Part shown: piece after piece, positions 19,860-28,365 of the stretch
How positions within the stretch are numbered: the stretch's first letter is position 1
How the letters are laid out: the number at the start of each line of letters is the position of its first letter
Origin: a virus
Lineage: Duplodnaviria; Caudoviricetes
Virus record (IMG/VR): IMGVR_UViG_3300037400_004242
Reading direction: 5' to 3' (one strand)
DNA: 64,000 nucleotides
The notes under the pieces: generated by a model
What the model was told of the DNA's origin: nothing
Databases searched by the model: none
What the model saw: only the letters and a program-made list of their open reading frames with translations
Program-made: the position numbers and the translations under genes

Positions 19860-22800
19860 ATGAATGAAGTAGATGGGAAGTTGCTTACGAATCCTAAAGT
19901 AGATGTTCCACAATGGATAAACGATATTCAGTTTAATACTCCTGTAGAACGTAAAATGGACATTCAATTTGATAAGAATGTCATTAATCGTAAGCATGTA
20001 ATTGCTGAAAGAAATGAAGGAATGGCAAATGTTCGTGAATTAAAATATTCCTTTAATGATAAGCAATTACAAGTATTCGCTATGAATGAATTAGCAAAAT
20101 TTTTAAAAGATTATCGTTATACTGCGGAAGCAGAAGTTAGTAATAATAAAGCAAAGATTGTTGCTAATTTAGTTAATAATCCATTACAGTATACTTTTAA
20201 TTATGAAAGTGTAGATGGAAAGATTATTCCAAATAAAGTGTTTACAACGAAAGTTGCAGATATTGTAAATGAATATCCATATAGTAAAGCAGGATTGGAA
20301 GATTCTATTGAAGATAGCACAACAATAGATTTAAAGAACCCAACAAAAGTTAAAAAAGCCGCATATCAGTATACGGTTATGACAAGATACGAAATTTTAC
20401 AACGTTGCAATAATCGTTTGGAAGTTGCAAGAGATTTAATTAATCAGCATATTAAAGATGGAAATATTGTTGCAGTTGGCAGTAATGAATATGCTTCAAC
20501 GTATGATATGAATTATTTATTTCCTGACAAGAGAGAAAAATATGCCGGTGAAGAAAATCATACACTTGAATTTGTAAATAATAAAGTTGCAAAAGCAAGT
20601 TATGAAAATAAATCTGCAAATCGTTTGGCATTAGAAGCAAGTAATATTTTAAATCGCGTATTTAATGTATACAAAATCGTGAATGCAAGTAGGGATAATG
20701 ATAACTTGTTTATCACTTCTTATATTTCACATAATAATATGCGAGATAAATATAGTTTTATTTTTAATGTTGAAAATGAAAAGGTAGCAAAGTTACAGTA
20801 TATTGAGGACGAAAAAATGAATCGTTATACTGTAGCTCAATTATTACAAAAATTCGGAGCAGATGATAAAGATATTGTTTCTTATTTAAATAATTCTGAT
20901 AAGCAAATTAATGGTGGATATGTTTATTCAATGAAATCTATAAAAGCTAGACTTCGTAAATATATTTCTATGAATAATATTCAAAAGATGATGCAGAATT
21001 GGGAAACAAATCATGATGTTACAAAACTTAATTCTACAACATACGCTTCAAAAAAATCTTTGAATGAATTAGTTCGTGGATGTAAGTTCTTAAATCAAGA
21101 ACAAATTCAAAATATTCGTAAGGCTTCTGCAACATTTGGCGAAAATGAACATTTCTATAGTTATGAAACAAAAGATAATGATACAAGAAACCAAGAAGCA
21201 TTAAAGAAAATTGCAAATCAAAAAGAAATGATTTATAACAAAATTCATAAATATTTTAAGAATTTTGATGTAAAAATGTTAAGCACAGATAAATTTGTAA
21301 TTTCTTTTAAAAATGATAATCAGAAGAAACGTATTGTTTCTGCAAGATTAGATAATGAAAATATTATTTGTAAAGTTGGTAGCAAAGAATTTACACTTGA
21401 TAAATTATCGAATGTATTTAAGCGTAGTGCTTTGCTAGCTAGTTATATTACAGATGAAGATGAAGATATTTCACAAGAACATAAACTTGTAATTAGCAAA
21501 AAACAATTCGCAAATAAATTGAAAGATTATTTAACGAATGAACAAATTGATGAATTAATTAATCATTTAGTAGATAGTGGGAAGCTGATTCGTTTAAATT
21601 CCAAGGATTATGCAAGTGAATATACATTTAATTCTTTGCTGAATGAATATGTTGGAACAATTGATTCTTCTATTAAAGAAGATAATCTAGTAAAAGCAAA
21701 TCGTAATACGTTGAAAGAACTTGTTCGTCATTATATGATGGATAATGATACACGTACAGAAGTTGCTTTGTCTAATAAAGAACAAAAATATCAGAAAGCA
21801 TATAATGCGATTGGAAAATATTTGAGTGATTTTGATTTAAAAATGATAGACGATAATCATATGGTTATTGCTTTTAAATCAAAAGATAATAAGCAAAGAA
21901 AACTTTTTGCTGAATTTAATGGGAATAAAATTACATGTTCCGTTGGGAATAATAAAATTCAGTTAGAAAATTTAGTTAATCGTTTTAAGAATAGTGCTTT
22001 GTTGAGCGCATATTTAAAAGAAAATCATTCAGATGAACATTCTAACGTTATTTTATCTTCTCGTGATTTTTATACAAAATTGGAAGATATGTTAACGAAA
22101 GAAGAAATTAAGGATATGATAGATGGATTAATTCAGAATCATATTATGACAAAAATTTCTTCTAATTTATATGCAAGTAAAAATAGTTTTGAAGATATTC
22201 TTAGGAATAGTAATCTAAATGTATCTAAAACTTTAAAAGAAGAAAATTTAGAGAAAAAGAATAAAGTTGCAGACAAAGTTTTAGAGAAGGATTATGTAAA
22301 TGATAATGATACACGTAAAGCTGAAAAGAAATTAAGTACATCAGAGTTTAAATCTCAATTTAATTATGCTTTACCGAAACATTTAATTTGTAAATCATTT
22401 GGTAATATTAGTATTGATGATACGAGTGCGCATTGTACGGCTGAAATTTTTAATAAGAAAAATGGTATTTCAATTACTGCTAGTTTTGATATGGCTGTAA
22501 AAGATGGTATTATTAATACTGAAAATGAACAAAATTTAGATGAACTATTTAAACTTGCAACAATTAACAAAACATATAATAAGTATAATGATGATAAAAA
22601 AGAAGCACATGAAATTGTATTTTCAAAACGTGAACTAACTGCAAAATTAAATAAAATTGCGGACGCTAAAGATATTGATAATGCAATTAATGAATGGGTA
22701 GAACATCATTATATTGAACAATTAGATACAGATAAATTCGCAAGTAAATATAGCATTGATAAACTGCTTTCTATGAGTAATGTAAAGGCTTATCAAGATG

Positions 22801-23087
22801 ATGTTGTAAAAGAAAATTATAAACATGCCAAAGTAAGTGCAGAGTTTGTTCCAAAAGAATATCATGTACAAGATACGGATAGTAAGGATTTGAAAAATAT
22901 TTCTGATGGAAAAACGGACGAATATTTAAAATCTGTTAAATCTGAATTGCATGAAAAATTAAATCATTTGGTTCAGGCTTCAAAAATTACAAAGAACCGT
23001 GCAGGAAAGTTAGAACAGCGGATTCAAAATGCAGATAATTATTTACAATTAAATGAAGTTGATAAACAATTGAATAGGTACTGTTGA
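19860..23087 (+). CDS. large internally repeated protein (about 5 repeats), putative virion protein
   Basis: Repeated YAS/FAS-x-Y/K-S-x-x-x-L and DNDTR motifs at roughly 180-200-aa spacing. Confidence 0.7.
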   Translation: MNEVDGKLLTNPKVDVPQWINDIQFNTPVERKMDIQFDKNVINRKHVIAERNEGMANVRELKYSFNDKQLQVFAMNELAKFLKDYRYTAEAEVSNNKAKIVANLVNNPLQYTFNYESVDGKIIPNKVFTTKVADIVNEYPYSKAGLEDSIEDSTTIDLKNPTKVKKAAYQYTVMTRYEILQRCNNRLEVARDLINQHIKDGNIVAVGSNEYASTYDMNYLFPDKREKYAGEENHTLEFVNNKVAKASYENKSANRLALEASNILNRVFNVYKIVNASRDNDNLFITSYISHNNMRDKYSFIFNVENEKVAKLQYIEDEKMNRYTVAQLLQKFGADDKDIVSYLNNSDKQINGGYVYSMKSIKARLRKYISMNNIQKMMQNWETNHDVTKLNSTTYASKKSLNELVRGCKFLNQEQIQNIRKASATFGENEHFYSYETKDNDTRNQEALKKIANQKEMIYNKIHKYFKNFDVKMLSTDKFVISFKNDNQKKRIVSARLDNENIICKVGSKEFTLDKLSNVFKRSALLASYITDEDEDISQEHKLVISKKQFANKLKDYLTNEQIDELINHLVDSGKLIRLNSKDYASEYTFNSLLNEYVGTIDSSIKEDNLVKANRNTLKELVRHYMMDNDTRTEVALSNKEQKYQKAYNAIGKYLSDFDLKMIDDNHMVIAFKSKDNKQRKLFAEFNGNKITCSVGNNKIQLENLVNRFKNSALLSAYLKENHSDEHSNVILSSRDFYTKLEDMLTKEEIKDMIDGLIQNHIMTKISSNLYASKNSFEDILRNSNLNVSKTLKEENLEKKNKVADKVLEKDYVNDNDTRKAEKKLSTSEFKSQFNYALPKHLICKSFGNISIDDTSAHCTAEIFNKKNGISITASFDMAVKDGIINTENEQNLDELFKLATINKTYNKYNDDKKEAHEIVFSKRELTAKLNKIADAKDIDNAINEWVEHHYIEQLDTDKFASKYSIDKLLSMSNVKAYQDDVVKENYKHAKVSAEFVPKEYHVQDTDSKDLKNISDGKTDEYLKSVKSELHEKLNHLVQASKITKNRAGKLEQRIQNADNYLQLNEVDKQLNRYC

Positions 23088-23109
23088 ATCGAAGGATAAG
23101 GAGATTTAC

Positions 23110-23373
23110 ATGAAGCGATTAGTAAAATTATCCGAGATTGACGTTCAAAATTTGGAAAAAGAATATCGTAGAATGATAGAAGATAATGAAAAAGATTTTT
23201 ACGATAAAGGTAAGAAAAATTATGAACTTCAAACTCATGAGAATAATGATGCAAAAACGTTTCTTATTAATCCTCAAAACCTTATAGATTATGATAATGA
23301 CCAGATAGATACAAGCCCTCGCCCAGGTATTCCTGGTCCGTGGGCTTCATCTTTAAGGTGGATAGGAAGATAA
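23110..23373 (+). CDS. small hypothetical protein with MKRLV leader
   Basis: 87 aa, AGGGAG RBS. Confidence 0.65.
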   Translation: MKRLVKLSEIDVQNLEKEYRRMIEDNEKDFYDKGKKNYELQTHENNDAKTFLINPQNLIDYDNDQIDTSPRPGIPGPWASSLRWIGR

Positions 23374-23400
23374 AAACGTTATAAAAAAGGTGTTAATATT

Positions 23401-23766
23401 ATGAAACGTTTAGTTGCTAAGAATATGTATTCTAAACCAACAATGGAATTAAATGGCTTTATGACGGATGGTGGTATATATTATCAATATTCTGTTCGTC
23501 TGTTAAATAATAAGCCAATGTATTCTATTTTTGCATTAGATACATATGATACATCATCGTTATATGATGGTGAATCTTTTGAGGAATCTTTTGAATTTTT
23601 TTGCGAATTAGCTATGGCATTAAAAGGAATTAGATATGCAGAAGATTTTACAAGAGAAAAACAACTCATTCAAGATAAAATATCTACATTAAAAGAAAAA
23701 TCACAAGATATGACATTAAAGATGAAACCTTTGTCGTTAGGTGATTCTGAATTTATAAATGGATAA
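23401..23766 (+). CDS. hypothetical protein with MKRLVA leader
   Basis: 121 aa, AAGGTG RBS. Confidence 0.65.
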   Translation: MKRLVAKNMYSKPTMELNGFMTDGGIYYQYSVRLLNNKPMYSIFALDTYDTSSLYDGESFEESFEFFCELAMALKGIRYAEDFTREKQLIQDKISTLKEKSQDMTLKMKPLSLGDSEFING

Positions 23767-24868
23767 AGGGAGAAACTTTATGACAAAAAAAGAATTAGAA
23801 AAAAAATATTCTATTGAAAATATGATTCGTTCAAAAAATGATTTTTCTTTAGAAGTATACTTTGGAAATGTTTGTAACTATAATTGTTCATATTGTTTTG
23901 ATGCTTATACTAGAAAGCAACATTGGTCTAATTGGAACAAAGAACAAGCAGATAAATGTTTAAAATTTATAGATAGTGTTAAAACTTTATATGATGTTAA
24001 CATTTATGGTGGGGAACCTAGCTTATGGAAATATTGTTTATATTTTATAGATAATATTCGTTCAGATGTTCATGTGTCTATTATTACAAATGGTTCAAAT
24101 AAGAAATTTACAAAAGAAATTTGTGAATTGGCAAAGAAAAATAATCGACAATTGTTATATTGTATGTCTGTACATTATGAAAAATATTTAGAAGATAAAG
24201 AAGCATATATGGATAATTTGAAATATGTATATCATACAATTGAGCAATATAAAGATAATGTGGCATTAGAGTTTGTTTTGTTATTAGACCAAAAAAATAC
24301 ATATAAATATATGGATTTATTAAACCTTTTATTAAGAGAGGGGAATGAAAACACTTTTTCAGCCACACTTTCTTATATAAGAAGAACACAAGATGTAGAA
24401 GAATGTATAAAAAATTATTGTATGATACCAAAATTAGACAAAGATGTTCAAGAAAAAGCAAAGAAACTGTTTTCGTTAGATAGATTTAGAATTGCAGAAA
24501 AGAATTTGTTTTATCATCGAAAATGTCCACAATTTTATCATCATGCAGAAGTACAGTTTGATGGAAGATTATTATCAACAGATTGTAAACAAGGAAAATT
24601 ATCTAAAAAATCTATTTTTGATGATGATTTCGATTTAAAAGATGAACAATTTGTTTGTGAATGTTGTCAAAAACATGAAAAAAATAATTATTCATGTGAA
24701 AAAGTTCATGGAATGCTAAATAATTTTGATAATGTATTTGAATGGTTAAATAGTGATATTTTTGATGATACGATTGATGCTATGAATCAAGAAAGATTGC
24801 GTGTTTCCGAATGGGATGATGAAGATGAAGAAAAAAAGGTTAGTGAGCAATCCAATAACGCATCGTGA
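23759..24868 (+). CDS. radical SAM protein with C-terminal twitch/SPASM-like Cys region
   Basis: CNYNCSYC, YGGEP, ITNG; C-terminal CPQ...FDGRL...C...CECC...C. Confidence 0.85.
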   Translation: MDKGRNFMTKKELEKKYSIENMIRSKNDFSLEVYFGNVCNYNCSYCFDAYTRKQHWSNWNKEQADKCLKFIDSVKTLYDVNIYGGEPSLWKYCLYFIDNIRSDVHVSIITNGSNKKFTKEICELAKKNNRQLLYCMSVHYEKYLEDKEAYMDNLKYVYHTIEQYKDNVALEFVLLLDQKNTYKYMDLLNLLLREGNENTFSATLSYIRRTQDVEECIKNYCMIPKLDKDVQEKAKKLFSLDRFRIAEKNLFYHRKCPQFYHHAEVQFDGRLLSTDCKQGKLSKKSIFDDDFDLKDEQFVCECCQKHEKNNYSCEKVHGMLNNFDNVFEWLNSDIFDDTIDAMNQERLRVSEWDDEDEEKKVSEQSNNAS

Positions 24869-25016
24869 AATTCCTATGCAAATAGGATTAGAGAATAATA
24901 CATATGAAGATATGTTAATTCAAAATGGAGAAATTGAAGATAGTAAAAATACTCCTGAATATAAATTTGAGGAACCAATAGATAATAATGAATGGAGATT
25001 TTTAAGTAAAAAATAA
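24825..25016 (+). CDS. small hypothetical protein with MKKKRLVS leader
   Basis: In frame with track ORF 24801; overlaps the 3' end of the radical SAM gene. Confidence 0.5.
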   Translation: MKKKRLVSNPITHREIPMQIGLENNTYEDMLIQNGEIEDSKNTPEYKFEEPIDNNEWRFLSKK

Positions 25017-25104
25017 TATATTATCTTTGTATTTATTTATTTCTTTAGTAGATTTGATAGTAATAATAACGAAAATTTTTATATAAAAAAGGTTGTGAAG
25101 GTTA

Positions 25105-27273
25105 ATGAAAATTGAAAAGAATAGTGGCTCTCTACCTACATGGTTGGATAATTTTGTTTGTAAATTTCAAACAAAAACAAAGATTGCTACAAAGAATGTT
25201 CAGAATCTTCCTCAGGTAAAATGGAAGAATGAAACATATTATGTTAATTTAACAGATGATGGCGCAGTACTTTACAATGACCAAGCAAATGAGGTTATGT
25301 CTTTAGATGGTGTAAAATCTATTGACCAAGTAAATGATGCTTTAAATAAAGATTCTATTGTAGCTTCAACAGATGGTAATGATTCTACAGATAGTCAATT
25401 TTCTAATGAGGATGAAGAAAAAACTGTAACATCTGATTTTACTATTGATACGGCAGGAACTGGTATTGCAGGTGAATCTGATATGCCAACTAGTGATGAA
25501 CCAAGTGGGAAGGACAAAGAACCAGAACCGATTTCAAATTCATCATTTGGTGTTGACGATAATGAAAAACAAGATTTAGCAAAAGATTCTGAATTTGAAA
25601 ATGAGCTTGAAAAAGTAGCAGGTTTAGAAGATGGTATGCCACAGCAAGAAGACGAATCTTCTGATGCTGGTCAAATGGCTCCTGAACAGACAGAGACAAC
25701 AGCTTCAGTAGATGGTATTAATGAAGGTGTTGAAGATGTTTCTGGTCAGCAACATGAATCTATTGATGACATTTCAGGAACACAGCATGAATCTATTGAA
25801 GAAGCAGGAACAGATAAATATCAGAATAATGCTAATAGTGTTCCCGATACAGATGTCAATCCTGATGAACTTGTAACAAAAGCAAGTTATAATCGACTTT
25901 TGGCAAAAGTAAAACAGCTTGAAAAGAAACTTTCTGCTATAGATAAAAAAGCCGAAGGATATGGTGGTGGAATTGGATTTGATGATATAATAGATGGGGC
26001 GGCTAATGCTATTAGTAGTGGTGCTAGTTCTCTTTGGAATGCCGCAACTGGAGCATCGCAAGGCGATGATATTGATTATGGTGGCCAGCAAGATTTAGGT
26101 GGTAGTTCTCCAGTTGGTGAAGAAGGTGCATTAAAATCTAAAAAAGATGTAAAATGCAAACAGCGTTTAATATCATCTGTAGATAAAAAAGCTGGAGATT
26201 ATGATGGCAATGGAATTGGATTTGGAGATATAGCAAATGGGATTAGTAATGCATGGGATACTGCTTCTGGTGCTGTTGAAGATGCTTTTGATTGGGCACA
26301 ACAACAATCACAAGGTGAAAATGGCACATTTGATGCAAGAGATTCAAAAAAAGATGTAAAATGCAAACATCGTTTAATTGCTATTGCAGATGATTCCGCA
26401 TTAAAGAGCTTTGAACAATTAAATAAAGAAAGTATTCCAGATACAGATGATTATTCAATTGATGACAAAGTTAATAATTCTCGCGGTATAGATGTTGGCA
26501 GTGTTAATAATAAAAAAAAACATTTAATTGCTGATATACCAGAAGGTGGAATGAATTTAACAGATTTACCTGGGTATAGTGATGCAGTACAAGATGTTGA
26601 TATGAATGGTAGAGAAGAACCGCCATCATCAACAATGTCAGATGACCCAGATAGTAACGACTTACATAATGTAGAGCAGTTTGGTGGAATATTTGGCAAG
26701 AAAAATAATAAGACTGCTTTTACAGAAGCACAACATGCATATACAGCTCCAGAAAATGATGCATATGATTTAAATAGTCAGGATGAAGAAGTAAAGCATT
26801 TTAATGATTCTGCAAATCAGACGCAAAAAGTATTAGATAAAGAACATGCACTTGATTTATCAAATATGAATGATAGAGCAAAATTAAATGAATATTTTTT
26901 GTTAGATTTAGATAACGATATTGATGATATGGTGTTGGATGATGAAGAAATTGTTCCTGATGAAACAGTTAAAGAATTAACGACAGAAGAACTTCCACAA
27001 GAAGAAATAGTTGAAGAAGATAGTCCTGCTGTTGAAGAAATTGAAATTCCAGTTGCAGAAGATATTCCTGTAATCGAAGATGAAAATCCAACAATTTTAG
27101 TGTTAGATAATCCTGAATCTATTGAGGAATTTGAAAATCAGACTTGTCCAATTTGTCATCAGCAAAAATCTTTAGCTGGTGTACAAAATGCAGGTGACTA
27201 TATTGGTGTTGTTTGCAATCATTGTGGTCAGGAATATGCAGTTGGAAATGATAAAATTTTTGTAAGAAAATAA
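25105..27273 (+). CDS. very acidic modular protein with repeats and C-terminal zinc ribbon, putative internal head/core protein
   Basis: 722 aa, D/E-rich; duplicated DKKA-G..GIGF-x-DI and SKKDVKCK-x-RLI units; CPIC...CNHC. Confidence 0.7.
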   Translation: MKIEKNSGSLPTWLDNFVCKFQTKTKIATKNVQNLPQVKWKNETYYVNLTDDGAVLYNDQANEVMSLDGVKSIDQVNDALNKDSIVASTDGNDSTDSQFSNEDEEKTVTSDFTIDTAGTGIAGESDMPTSDEPSGKDKEPEPISNSSFGVDDNEKQDLAKDSEFENELEKVAGLEDGMPQQEDESSDAGQMAPEQTETTASVDGINEGVEDVSGQQHESIDDISGTQHESIEEAGTDKYQNNANSVPDTDVNPDELVTKASYNRLLAKVKQLEKKLSAIDKKAEGYGGGIGFDDIIDGAANAISSGASSLWNAATGASQGDDIDYGGQQDLGGSSPVGEEGALKSKKDVKCKQRLISSVDKKAGDYDGNGIGFGDIANGISNAWDTASGAVEDAFDWAQQQSQGENGTFDARDSKKDVKCKHRLIAIADDSALKSFEQLNKESIPDTDDYSIDDKVNNSRGIDVGSVNNKKKHLIADIPEGGMNLTDLPGYSDAVQDVDMNGREEPPSSTMSDDPDSNDLHNVEQFGGIFGKKNNKTAFTEAQHAYTAPENDAYDLNSQDEEVKHFNDSANQTQKVLDKEHALDLSNMNDRAKLNEYFLLDLDNDIDDMVLDDEEIVPDETVKELTTEELPQEEIVEEDSPAVEEIEIPVAEDIPVIEDENPTILVLDNPESIEEFENQTCPICHQQKSLAGVQNAGDYIGVVCNHCGQEYAVGNDKIFVRK

Positions 27274-27277
27274 GGGG

Positions 27278-27586
27278 TTGAAGAACCATATGAATAATGA
27301 TATTAATTTAATTCATGGTCGTAGTATTTGTGCTATGATAAATGATAATACGTCTGTAAAAGAAATGTTACAGATGATGGGTGTAGACCCAACAGATGAA
27401 ATGGTAAATGATGCTATGAATTATTTTGCATTAAACGGAAACGCTGTTACAATGGAAACTCTTTCTGATTTCTTAAAAGAAAAAGGTGTTTTTGGTGGAG
27501 AAGTAAAGGCTGAAGCTGATATTCCTGAAACAGAAGCAGTTGATAAAGAAGCACCAACGATTGCAACAGTCGTAGATGTTCGATAA
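27278..27586 (+). CDS. hypothetical protein
   Basis: 102-aa ORF; start probably ATG 27290. Confidence 0.6.
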   Translation: MKNHMNNDINLIHGRSICAMINDNTSVKEMLQMMGVDPTDEMVNDAMNYFALNGNAVTMETLSDFLKEKGVFGGEVKAEADIPETEAVDKEAPTIATVVDVR

Positions 27587-27593
27587 TTTATAC

Positions 27594-27622
27594 TTGACAT
27601 TTTTTAATAGATAATGTATAAT
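27594..27622 (+). promoter_or_regulatory. consensus sigma-A promoter
   Basis: TTGACA (27594-27599), 17 nt, TATAAT (27617-27622). Confidence 0.85.
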
Positions 27623-27627
27623 TATAA

Positions 27628-27740
27628 CCGAAGTAGAGAAATAACCTGTTGTATATGGTTACTTCACGAATAGCAAATGTAGACATGATTTGCTCTTCAA
27701 ATAAAAAGCATGGTGAAATAATCCATGCTTTTTATTTTTT
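27628..27740 (+). ncRNA. candidate small RNA (~110 nt)
   Basis: Perfect promoter, two hairpins and an intrinsic terminator (aaaaagcatgg/ccatgcttttt); no RBS or ORF. Confidence 0.6.
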
Positions 27741-27800
27741 TGCGTATAAATAAATAAAATAAACATATTGAATAAGTGATGTAAAAATTTTTAAATTATC

Positions 27801-28211
27801 ATGGAGGAATACATTGTGATTTTACATAGTGGCAATAATAATTTTGTAAGTTATGGTTATGATGAAAATGATTTTAAAGAAGCACCTGTAAGTTCTTATC
27901 AAATGAATGAAGAAGAATTAGAAGAATTTAATGAATCAAATGGTTTATCTATTGATGATAATACATTAATGGATAATTTAGAAAAAAATGTAAAACCATC
28001 TTCTAAGCAAACGAAACATCGTGCAACAACAATGAAAAAGAAAAAAGTCGCAGAAAAAGTATTTAACATTGGTGATTCTGTTATTTATCGAAAACATAAT
28101 GCAACAGTAATGTTTGGCCCTTATGAAAGGAATTATAAACAACTTTATGAATTGCAGATGGAAGATGGAACAGTTATGAGTGCTGTATCAACTTCAATTA
28201 AAAAAGTATAA
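27801..28211 (+). CDS. hypothetical protein with C-terminal SH3/KOW-like domain
   Basis: FNIGDSVIY...YELQMEDG; GGAGG RBS suggests a GTG start at 27816. Confidence 0.6.
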   Translation: MEEYIVILHSGNNNFVSYGYDENDFKEAPVSSYQMNEEELEEFNESNGLSIDDNTLMDNLEKNVKPSSKQTKHRATTMKKKKVAEKVFNIGDSVIYRKHNATVMFGPYERNYKQLYELQMEDGTVMSAVSTSIKKV

Positions 28212-28248
28212 AAATAAGGTGCTATAACAAGGATAGCACCTTATTTTT
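28211..28248 (+). terminator. rho-independent terminator
   Basis: aaaataaggtgctat-aacaagg-atagcaccttattttt. Confidence 0.85.
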
Positions 28249-28365
28249 ATGTGTGATAAAGAAAAAGATTATATAAAATAAAAAATCTATTTCTTTAGTG
28301 ATAATTATAGAATTTATTAAAATATAAAAATATATAATTGATAATAAATAATGAGGTGAAATTTT

